Shown here one piece after another: positions 52,713 to 62,176 of a stretch of 64,000 nt of DNA. Below the pieces are notes generated by a model that saw only the letters and a list, made by a program, of their open reading frames with translations, was not told the DNA's origin and did not search any database. The stretch lies in NCBI RefSeq assembly GCF_006345805.1, contig NC_043014.1, positions 9,610,001-9,674,000 of the forward strand, written 5' to 3'. Source of the DNA: Octopus sinensis. Taxonomy: Eukaryota. Position numbers and translations under genes: made by a program. How positions within the stretch are numbered: position 1 is the stretch's first letter; every line of letters starts with the position of its first letter.

Positions 52713-52867
52713 CGAGTTTAAATAATATTGCGTGTGTATGTGTGCATGTGAGTGCGAGTGTGTGTGTGTGTGTGTGTGTGTAGAAACATATGTGTATGTA
52801 TATGTTAATGCAATCGAAATTGAAACAATTGTTGCATTCTCTTTTTTATAATTGCCATTTTACTTGG

Positions 52868-53240
52868 TGGAAACGCAATGGCCCAGTGGTTAGGGCAGCG
52901 GACTCGCAATCGGAGGATCGCGGTTTCGATTCCCAGACCGGGCATTGTGAGTGTTTATTGAGCGAAAACACCTAAAGCTCCACGAGGCTCCGGCAGGGGA
53001 TGGTGGTGAACCCTGCTGTACTCTTTCACCACAACTTTCTCTCATTCTTATTTCTGTTGTACCTGTATTTCAAAGGGCCGGCCTTGTCACAATCTGCGTC
53101 ACGCTGAATCTCCCAGAGAACTACGTTAAGGGTACACGTGTCTGTGGAGTGCTCAGCCACTTGCACGTTAATATCACGAGCAAGCTGTTCCGTTGGTCGT
53201 ATCAGCTGGGGCCCTCATCGTTGCAACCGACGGAGTGCTA
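52868..53240 (+). mobile_element. SINE family D
   Basis: GCAATGGCCCAGTGGTTAGGGCAGCGGACTCG head; tail ...CAACCGACGGAGTGCT. Confidence 0.9.
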
Positions 53241-53266
53241 AAAGATTTTACTTGTAACAACACCTT

Positions 53267-53849
53267 TGGATCTATTCCTTTTGAACGGCACACGTCAACA
53301 CAATTTCTAGTTAACTAAACACTTTAAAACTTCGTATACTGTTAGAATGTGTCAAAATAAAACTTTTTGTCTCTTGGCTTTATTCAGAACATTCTAGAGT
53401 TTGTAAGTTTAACGTAGTTTAATTTTTCGAATTTTGACCAATGAATCGCCTCTATTTAGCTAAAATCATTTGCTGTGTCTAAAACTGAGACAACATCCTG
53501 TCACTAACTCTAACCCTCACCCTCAACCAAACCCTAACCCTATTTTTTTTCTTAATTATTAAATTAATTTAATTGTTACGCGTGTAAAAAAAAAACGAAA
53601 GGCTAAAACGAAAGCAATGGAAAATAATTTAAACAATTAACAAAAATATTTCTAACAAAATAATTCTATAATTTTATACACACGCTTTCCGTCCGTATAC
53701 GTTAAACTACGTTAAACTTACAAATAACAATTTTCTCAAGAAAGCCAAGAGAGAAAAAGTGTTTTATTTTGACACATTCTACCAGTATACGAAGTGTTTA
53801 TTTAACTAGAAATTGTGTTGACATGTGCCGTTCAAAAGGAAAAGATCCA
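53267..53849. mobile_element. MITE with ~150-bp TIRs and internal telomere-like CCCTAA repeats
   Basis: TGGATCTATTCCTTTTGAACGGCACACGTCAACACAATTTCTAGTTAA... and its reverse complement ending ...GCCGTTCAAAAGGAAAAGATCCA. Confidence 0.88.
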
Positions 53850-54229
53850 CCCCTTTTTCTGCTTTAAAACCCACAGACAATTAATTTTGAATGGCTTTTG
53901 GGGTCTGGAAGGGATTAAGAATATTTATTTGATTTCAATGACGAAAATTGATTTGTAGAGTGAGTAAATCGTGTGACGAACTTGGTCATGGAACGAATTA
54001 AACTCGTACTATGAGGTATCCCCGTATATATCATTTGTGCGTATATTCACTGATAAGGATCTTATCGGTGAATAAAGAAGATGCGAATCTACAAACACAA
54101 TAAATATAAATCTCAAATGCAAACAAATGAAGGTAATATGCATGTTATTTAGACTTTGTAGTAGCAAGGAAGTTATCGTTAGAGAATTGAATGTAACTCT
54201 AAACACTGAAAAGAAGTATCGAGACCAAC

Positions 54230-54637
54230 TGTCGAATATTCAAAGCAATAAGGAAAGCTGAAATTTCAACTGTATACTGCAGCAATTAATGGAAAACTGT
54301 GAAATGGTGAAGTTGATCTAACAACCATCGGTAACATCTTATGATGTGCGGCCAATGCTTTGGGAAAGCAAATTGGAATTGAAATATAAAAAGAAGTGAA
54401 CAGACATGTCAACAAACAACCGGAGAAGAAAAGTCAAAAATACAGAAAGAAATTAATCATCTGAGATGTGAATTGTCGATTGTCTGTGAGATTTGGAAGG
54501 AAATAAATGTCGAATGTAGAAAAGCAAGATACAATTTTAAGAAGAAAAAAAAATAATTCAAAATAACAGAGAAAGAAAGCGTCTCTATAATCAAAATGAA
54601 TCAGAAAAAGCACATACTAGATTAAGCAGTACGGAGT

Positions 54638-54688
<51 letters not shown>

Positions 54689-54950
54689 TATATATAGATA
54701 TATATAGAGAGAATTTTGTAAACAGAGAGACGCAAAGGAATTTTTTTAAACGGAAACACAACCAATAGAAAATAAAGTATCTAAGTTATTGGACTGAAGT
54801 TGAAAAAGTTTAGAAGAATACCAAGTTTAACAAGAGAAATAATGAGAAACATGATTATCAGGAAAAAATAAAAGGACTGAACATGTAAAACAACAAATGG
54901 TAGTATTCGAAGAAGCAGTGTCAAGGCAGCTCTGAAGCAAAGCTCACTAA
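54230..54950 (+). mobile_element. Possible decayed non-LTR retrotransposon N-terminal region
   Basis: Purine-rich, K/E/R-biased broken frames reminiscent of the region upstream of RT in R4-like elements. No clear motif. Confidence 0.25.
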
Positions 54951-55016
54951 TGGGGATCGCCAGAATAAATCAAATCCTAAATAATTATTATCCATATACG
55001 CTTGCTGCAAAGGAAA

Positions 55017-55398
55017 GAGAAGCACTCCGTCGGTTACGACGACGAGGGTTCCGGTTGATCCGAATCAACGGAACAGCCTGCACGTGAAATTAACGTGTAA
55101 GTGGCTGAGCACTCCACAGACACGTGCACCCTTTACGTAGTTCTCGGGGGATATTCAGCGTGACACAGAGAGTGACAAGGCTGGCCCTTTGAAATACAGG
55201 TACAACAGAAACAGGGAGTAAGAGTGAGAGAAAGTTGCGTGCGGTGAAAGAGTACAGCAGGGATCTCCACCATCCCTGCTGGAGCCTCGTGGAGCTTTAA
55301 AGGTGTTTTCTCTCAATAAACACTCACAACGCCCGGTCTGGGAATCGAAACCGCGATCCTATGACCGCGAGTCCGTTGCCCTAACCACTGGGCCATTG
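55017..55398 (-). mobile_element. SINE family D
   Basis: Reverse-complement match. Confidence 0.9.
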
Positions 55399-55599
55399 CT
55401 GCAAAACACGAAGGACTAACATAGAAGTAAGTGCAAGCGTACAGAATACTGACAAAAATTGCCAACTGGTTAGTGGAAGATACGGTATATATCCTGCTGA
55501 GAAATTAGAGACGACCCCCCACAAAACAAATGAAGAGAAAACAAGCAGCGGTAGAGTTATTACATTTCTGACTTTATTTTATATAGGTTTATATATCTT

Positions 55600-56345
55600 T
55601 TATCTTTCGTTTCTTTCAGTCGTTTGATTACGACCATACTGGGGGACCACCTTGTAGGATTTTAGTTGAACAAATCGACCCAATGGCTTATTCTTTTTTT
55701 AAGCTTAGTATTTATGCTTTGGGTCTTTTTACTGAACCTCTAGGATACAGGGGCCTAAACACACCAACATCAGTTTTCAAAAGGTGGTTGGACACATACA
55801 CATACATACACACACTCACACACACACACACACACACATATGGGTGTGTGTGTGTGTGTATGTATATATATACGAGAAGAAAATGGATATAATAAAAATG
55901 GGAAGGTCGTGGTTTCGCTGGTTTGGCTGTGTGGTAAGTAGCTTGTTTACCAACCATATCGTTCCGGGTTCAGTCCCACTGCGTGGCACCTTGGGCAAGT
56001 GTCTTCTACTATAGGCTCGGGCCGACCAAAGCCTTGTCAGTGGATTTGGTAGACGGAAACTGAAAAGAAGCCCGTCGTATATATGTATATATATATATAA
56101 TATATATATATATATATGCATGTGTGCGTTTGTGTGTCTGTGTTTGTCCCCCTAGCATTGCTTGACAACCGATGCTGGTGTGTTTATGTCACCGTTACTT
56201 AGCGGTTCGGCCAAAGAGACCGATATAATAAGCACTGGGCTTACAAAAGAATAAGTCCCGGGGTCGAGTTGCTCGATTAAAGGCGGTGCTCCAGCATGGC
56301 CGCATCAAATGACTGAAACAACTAAAAGAGAGTCAAAGAGTAAAG
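55600..56345. mobile_element. Divergent pair of SINE C-like copies (55600-55800 minus, old; 55925-56345 plus)
   Basis: Family matches. Confidence 0.75.
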
Positions 56346-56472
56346 AATATACCAGCGAAAATCAAGAGCTTGCCAAAGTTATATCCATTTTCTTCTCCTA
56401 TATAACCTAAACTTCGATTTACCACCACACCACCTGCTACCATACAAGCTTACAAAAGACTGTACCTACCCT

Positions 56473-56523
56473 GGTAATAACCAAGAGCGATAATTAAATC
56501 CAGAGTCGCTCTTGGTTATTACC
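56473..56523. repeat. Perfect 18-bp inverted repeat with 15-bp spacer
   Basis: GGTAATAACCAAGAGCGA / TCGCTCTTGGTTATTACC. Confidence 0.9.
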
Positions 56524-56529
56524 TGTGTA

Positions 56530-56559
<30 letters not shown>

Positions 56560-56562
<3 letters not shown>

Positions 56563-56995
56563 TAAATTAGAGATAAAACCACTATTAAGCAAATCATACA
56601 ACGAAAATCTTAAGGCAATACATAAGATTAATTAATTTATATTATTTTAAACGCTGTAAAAGACGTTTTCTGATTCAAAATTTTAGTTCATTGATTAAAC
56701 CTCGCCAAGTTAAATATTTCAATCACCTGAAGAATGACTGTAACTCGTATTTTTACGAATTGGACAGCCATGAAACGATCGTAGTATTATACTAATTATC
56801 TTTTTTTAATAATTTTGATATATATTTAAAATAATATAAATTAATTAATCTTATGTATTGGCTTAAGTTTTTCATTGTATGATTTGCCTAATAGTGGTTT
56901 TATCTCTAATTTAATATAATATAATATTTTACTATAAAATTGGATTCAATCCTAAATCTGATTTTTCCCTGTAAGTTTGGATTTATTCCCTAATA
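56560..56995 (+). mobile_element. Penelope-like pseudo-LTR with inverted 5' partial copy and central hammerhead
   Basis: Inverted arms of about 90 bp (56562-56650 and 56826-56912) enclose a hammerhead; the 3' end matches the 15.1 kb family. Confidence 0.7.
56721..56788 (+). ncRNA. Type I hammerhead ribozyme
   Basis: AATCAC-CTGAAGA-ATGACTGT...ACAGCCAT-GAAA-CGATCG-TA-GTATT; predicted cleavage after 56783. Confidence 0.7.
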
Positions 56996-56998
56996 TTT

Positions 56999-57042
<44 letters not shown>

Positions 57043-57325
57043 TGATTGGTCCAAGGTCGCAGTAAAGGACATCTCTCAAAGGTAGGACTCAGATTTGAAT
57101 TATGTGATTGGGAAACAGAGAAATCGATGTTAGTGGTTGAGTTAAACCTAAGGATTCGCTTCTTCAAATTCTGTTTCATTTTCCCATTCGTCAGCAAATG
57201 TGTTGACGTTTTCATTGTTGCTTTCCCCCATTTTACCCAGTAATTTCAGTTCTAATTTACATAGCGTCATTTTCTGCAAAAACACAACGAAAAGACATTT
57301 GGATACGACAGAGATAAGTAGCAAC

Positions 57326-57711
57326 ATATTAGAGGGTTATCCAGGGTATGAAGAGGGGGATTGGAAATATGCAATGGTGAAGAAGCAAGAAATAGATGAA
57401 CTGTTAGTAAGGTGTGAAAATAGGAATGTGAAAGTGGTGGAGTGGGAAATTGGGGAGGAGATAAAGAAGGAGTTTAAAGAAAGATATGCGATGGACTTGG
57501 GGGATACGTGTACTGAAATTGGGGAGAACAATGGATGATAGGGTACGAAGGACAGGTAAGTGATGCTGGCGGATGGGGCCGATAGCATCGCTTTCATATT
57601 ACCATTTTTTTCATTTAAAATTCATCTTTCATATTATTAATTGTAATGTTTTATGTCCCCAATGTTTTGTAATGTCCCCTCTCCGTCGCCCCTTGTGGGT
57701 AATAAAAAATC
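57326..57711 (+). mobile_element. 5'-truncated retroelement 3' end with 18-bp TSD
   Basis: ACAGAGATAAGTAGCAAC at 57308-57325 and 57712-57729. The insert has an open K/E-rich frame, then a 3' UTR ending GCCCCTTGTGGGTAATAAAAAAT. Confidence 0.85.
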
Positions 57712-58059
57712 ACAGAGATAAGTAGCAACGAAAGACTAATACGGTTTGCTTAGAAACTTACCTTTATCCTTCATCCGAATATGGGCGCAACAATCTATAC
57801 ATTCCTAGGTTTCCTCACTAGAAAATAGTCTGCAAAGAAAAAAAAAATTATATCAATCAATAACTGATTCGTTTTTATCGGAAGTTTTCAAAGAAAATTT
57901 AACACCAACAAAACCTGTAGATAGATAATTAACAATATTAAGAAGCATAATTCAATTAGTAATAGTTAGTATCAGAAACAAAGGATGCCCCGAGAAATGT
58001 TGTTAAGCATTTTCTGAAGTTTCATTAATTTTTTTCCATTCTCAACTCTAGTACATAAG

Positions 58060-58148
<89 letters not shown>

Positions 58149-58164
58149 CTTCTTCTTCTTTCTT

Positions 58165-58195
<31 letters not shown>

Positions 58196-58225
58196 TTATT
58201 ATTATTATTATATTATTATTATTAT
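58060..58225. repeat. Compound trinucleotide array (TTG)~29-(TTC)n-(TTA)n
   Basis: Direct reading; a second (TTC)n(TTA)n block lies at 58443-58512. Confidence 0.95.
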
Positions 58226-58458
58226 TATTTTCATTATCATCTTCTTACAATGTTGTTTCCATTTCTTGGCGAGCGTTTTTCTTGACAGAGAAACGTACTG
58301 TAGGTAATGATATGTCATTAAAACAAACACACCAGATTTCTCATTTACAGAGTCATAAGAAAGAGGAGATGGGAAGACAGAGAGAAAAATGGGAAAAATA
58401 GAAAAGTAAACAAAAAAAAATAAGAGGGGGAAAGGGGGTGAGTCTTTTTCTTCTTCTT

Positions 58459-58489
<31 letters not shown>

Positions 58490-58512
58490 TTATTATTATT
58501 ATTATTATTATT

Positions 58513-59027
58513 GAGTGAGAGAGCAATGCATGCCATCAAAATGACACTGGGGTAAAATATACGAAGCCCAATATACCCATCGTGACTACCCGTCTGATAA
58601 GGGTACACCAGGCACATACATCACAACCAAATGTGTGCGACATAGTGATCTCATGTCAAGATAAACAGCACATGACCTTGCAGGTGGGGGCCTAGTTATA
58701 ATTTTCTTCTTTTCGGGTACCCAATTCCGCTCAAAAGGTCCTTGAATAAGGATTCTTTAATGATGTTGAACGAATCAACCATGTTTCCAGAGGTGGATTA
58801 TTCAAACTCCAAAGAATCCTTTTCATCACATAGCTATGATGCTCACTTACTATTTCTGCTCGTGATCAGAGATGTACATATCGTCAGCCACTAAGGGACA
58901 TGCTCAACTGGTTAAGGTCAAACAACTGACAGGAAAATATGTGGTATTGAGCAGACAAGACAAAACACTTCCAATCAGTTAAGATCAGAATGCACGAGAT
59001 CCACTGCCTGGTACTGCATCAGGACAT
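58513..59027 (-). mobile_element. ~515-bp non-coding element embedded in (TAA)n; probable non-autonomous retroposon
   Basis: Bounded on both sides by TAA repeats, with no ORF, TIR or tRNA head; it ends ...CTCTCTCACTC-(AAT)n on the minus strand. Confidence 0.55.
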
Positions 59028-59044
59028 TTATTATTATTATTATC

Positions 59045-60744
59045 ATTCAGTAGTTTTATTTTTATAGCGTGCTTTCATTTCACTACCGAGCGCAGCTCTG
59101 TGTGCCTTGGGTATGTGCTGTGATTTGTTGTGTTGCTCTGATGGTTATTGTATGGAAAGTGTTCTGCGTAGGATGTGTGCAGTGCCTAGTAGTGCAATTT
59201 TCTGTATGTTATATGTGTTTGTAAGTCCTGGTGTTTTTGTTATGTATTTGTCTGAATATTTTTTTATCATGCCTAATGCACCTACTATGATAGGAATTGT
59301 TTCTGTTTTCAGGTTCCACATTCTAGTTACCTCTATTTCCAGGTCTTTGTATTTTGAGAGTTTCTCCATTTCTTTTAGAGACACGTTGTCATCAGCCGGT
59401 ATTGATACATCAATTAGAAAGCATTTTTTTTCTTCATGATCTCTGACAACTATATCTGGTCTGTTGGCCTTAATTTCTCTATCTGTGTGTATCGGCATAT
59501 CCCAGAGTATGGTTGCTTTCTCGTTTTCTGTGACCTTTTCTGGTGTGTGCCTATACCATCTTTTTTCTGTTGTTATTCCACAATGTTGGCATAGCTTCCA
59601 ATGTATGTAGGTTCCAACTCTGTCATGTCTGTGAATATATTCCTTCTTAGCCAGGACTGGGCAGCTAGAGATAATATGATTTATTGTTTCTTGTCCATCT
59701 CCACATATTCTGCAGTTACTTGTAATATTTCTTTTCATTACATGTTTTTGGTAATTTCTGGTGGGGAGGCTTTGGTCTTGTGCTGCAATTAAAATTCCCT
59801 CTGTTTCTGCTTTGAGTCCTGAGCTTCTCAACCATTGCTGGGATTTTTCTTTGTCTATTTCTTTTGCGTTTGGTTTAGTCCAGTATTTACCATGAAGGGG
59901 CTTTTCTTGCCATCGTTTTATCATGGTTCGTTGCTGTTCTATTTTTAGTTTGGATTTCATTTGTTTTATAGCTTTTGTTGTTTCTTCATCTTCTTCTTCT
60001 TCTTCATGTTTATTAGGTGGTATGATTTCTTGTTTGTATTTGTCAGCTTCCTTAAATACTGAGAACAGTTTTTTGTTTTGCTCGTGTTTTGCCGCTATCT
60101 GGATCAGTTTTCCTTCCTTCTGGAGTAGATATTTTTGCAGTCCTATGGTGGTTATTTTATAGTAGTTTTCCAGCTGTATACGGCCTCTACCACCTTCTAT
60201 ACGTTGTATATATAGTCTTTCTATGTCAGAGTTTGGGTGATGCATCCTAGATCCTGTCATTATTTTTCTTGTTTTCCTATCTATTTTGGTCAGTTCATTT
60301 CGTGTCCAGTTAAGGATATTGTAGCTGTAACTTATAACTGGGACAGCTAAAGTGTTGATACCTATTATCTTGTTTTTAGCATTGAGCTCTGTGTTTAGTA
60401 TTGATCTAACTCGTCTATAATATTCTTTTTTTATTTTCTCTTTCATTTGTGTGTGTTGTGTCTTATCTAGTTCATGGATTCCTAAGTATTTGTAAGTTTG
60501 GCTTTGGTCTAATACTTTTATTTCATTGGTTTTATCTAGTGTGATGTTGTTGCTCTTAACTAGTTTTCCTCTTTTCATGGTTACTTTGGCGCATTTTTCT
60601 AATCCAAATTTCATATCTATTTCTTTGGTAAATCCATGAACTGTCTTTAATAGTGTTTCCAGCTGTTTGTCATTTGCAGCGTATAGTTTTAGGTCATCCA
60701 TATATAAAAGGTAGCTGATCGTTTTGCCGTAACATTTATATCCG

Positions 60745-60745
<1 letters not shown>
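59045..60745 (-). mobile_element. R4/Dong-like (REL endonuclease) non-LTR retrotransposon, 5'-truncated
   Basis: Flanked by (TAA)n on both sides; begins GYKCYGKTISYLLYMDD; about 100 bp of 3' UTR. Confidence 0.88.
59145..60701 (-). CDS. Uninterrupted 518-aa C-terminal part of the retrotransposon ORF (RT YMDD/thumb, CCHC finger, restriction-like endonuclease)
   Basis: YMDDLKL; YKYLG; CRICGDGQETINHIISSC (CX2CX8HX4C); RHD; RPDIVV...IDVSIP...KLSKY; PIIVGALG; TAA stop at 59145-59147. Confidence 0.92.
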   Translation of the reverse strand: MDDLKLYAANDKQLETLLKTVHGFTKEIDMKFGLEKCAKVTMKRGKLVKSNNITLDKTNEIKVLDQSQTYKYLGIHELDKTQHTQMKEKIKKEYYRRVRSILNTELNAKNKIIGINTLAVPVISYSYNILNWTRNELTKIDRKTRKIMTGSRMHHPNSDIERLYIQRIEGGRGRIQLENYYKITTIGLQKYLLQKEGKLIQIAAKHEQNKKLFSVFKEADKYKQEIIPPNKHEEEEEDEETTKAIKQMKSKLKIEQQRTMIKRWQEKPLHGKYWTKPNAKEIDKEKSQQWLRSSGLKAETEGILIAAQDQSLPTRNYQKHVMKRNITSNCRICGDGQETINHIISSCPVLAKKEYIHRHDRVGTYIHWKLCQHCGITTEKRWYRHTPEKVTENEKATILWDMPIHTDREIKANRPDIVVRDHEEKKCFLIDVSIPADDNVSLKEMEKLSKYKDLEIEVTRMWNLKTETIPIIVGALGMIKKYSDKYITKTPGLTNTYNIQKIALLGTAHILRRTLSIQ

Positions 60746-60792
<47 letters not shown>

Positions 60793-60985
60793 CATCATTA
60801 TTATCATTATTATTATTATAATCATTATTATTATTATTATTATTATTATCATTATTATTATTATCATTATAATTATTATCATTACTGCTATTATTATTAT
60901 TATTATTATTATTATCATTATTATCATTATCATTATAATTATTATCAATACTGTTATTATAATCATTATTATTATTATTATTTTA
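60746..60985. repeat. (ATT)n/(ATC)n array
   Basis: Direct reading. Confidence 0.95.
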
Positions 60986-60999
60986 TTTTACTATTCATT

Positions 61000-61785
61000 T
61001 ACACTCAACAGATCAGACTGTTGGAAAGGAATGGGATCCTAACACCGTGTTACAACAAGTAGACTTGGATGCCAGGAACCCTCCGATTGGGTTACATTCC
61101 TAAGTATCCTAGCTATTAATAACTGATGTTACAGCTGTACTAAACTGGGTTTTATGCCTATTTTCTATATCCATCTGTTCAGGTTTTAGCGATAGTTCCC
61201 AATTCACCTAAAACAACGAGGATACATTTTACCCGAACTTCCTATAGTCTCTCTAATTTTATTGCTAGGTCTTGCTACTTTGCTATCTTTTATATTTCTC
61301 ATCCTAATTTGAGACTGTAAAGTCAATTATCTGTCACGTTCTATTCTCTTTATCTACTACTAACAAATCAGTACTACTAGCCTCTATTATTCTATCAGTC
61401 TGAACGTTAAAGTCCCGTAACATGTTATATTTCTTATTTTAAAGTACATTACGAGGTTCATGTTCATACCATTTATTAATATGTTCAAATGCTATCTTTC
61501 TACAGAGCTCCAGTTGATTGCTCTCCCTAGAATATCATGTCCTTTCTTGTATTCTTGCTGTGCCAGCATGCTACATTCACTTACTATATGAGTAACACTT
61601 TCCTCTTTTGTTTGGATAATATGCATTGGAAATCTACTTTGTTTTTGTCTATCTTGGTCTCTATCTAATTAGTCCTTAGTGCTTGATCTAGTGCAGCTAG
61701 TAACAAACTCCCTGTATCTCTCTTCAACTTCAACTTCTGCAGCCATAACCATGTCTCACTACTAATATTTGCTGAAATGTACGAT
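61000..61785 (-). pseudogene. Older decayed R4-like copy (zinc finger plus REL region and 3' UTR)
   Basis: Broken translation TGSLLLAALDQALRTN...EESVTHIVSECSMLAQQEYK...WYEHEP...RDFNVQTDRIIEA...DLLVVDKENR...IIDF...QDLAIKL; the 3' end runs into (TAA)n. Confidence 0.75.
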
Positions 61786-61789
61786 CGAC

Positions 61790-62176
61790 ATAGATAGGAT
61801 CTAGAGAGAAACTGCCGGATATTAGAAGCGTTCCTCCAGGCGCGCTAATCTTTCAGGGACCGGGTTATCAAGTTAGTACGTCGATAGTTGCCGGGCGCAA
61901 TCCTCAACAGCCGTTGGTGGATCGCGCTGAAAAGCGCTATTAGAGTAGAAGTGGTAGGTTTTAGTCAGAAAATAGCGTTGCAGGAATCCAGGATAGTTAG
62001 GATAGCGGTGAGAATGGCACTTGATCAATTCGTTAATGCCAAACACGAAGGTTGCATTATTAGAGCTAGGGCGTGTTCACTGAGAGGGGAAGAGACGAAA
62101 GGCGTTCGATGGGCCCTAGCAGCAGAGACACTTCGGGAAAACAATGCAAAAATTCAGTTTTTGGCGAGTTGTGATG
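61790..62176 (+). mobile_element. Tx1/L1-like ORF2 fragment (endonuclease-RT linker)
   Basis: RWWIALKSAIRVEVVGFSQKIA...AKHEGCIIRARACSLRGEE resembles the W-W-LK...RSR linker pattern of L1/Tx1 ORF2. Confidence 0.55.

Noticed and set aside
52868-52945. tRNA-like sequence at SINE heads
   Set aside because: A/B boxes are present, but there is no complete cloverleaf, and each continues into a SINE body.
58060-58401. Poly-Leu ORF resembling a signal or transmembrane protein
   Set aside because: It is a translation of the TTG/TTC/TTA array.
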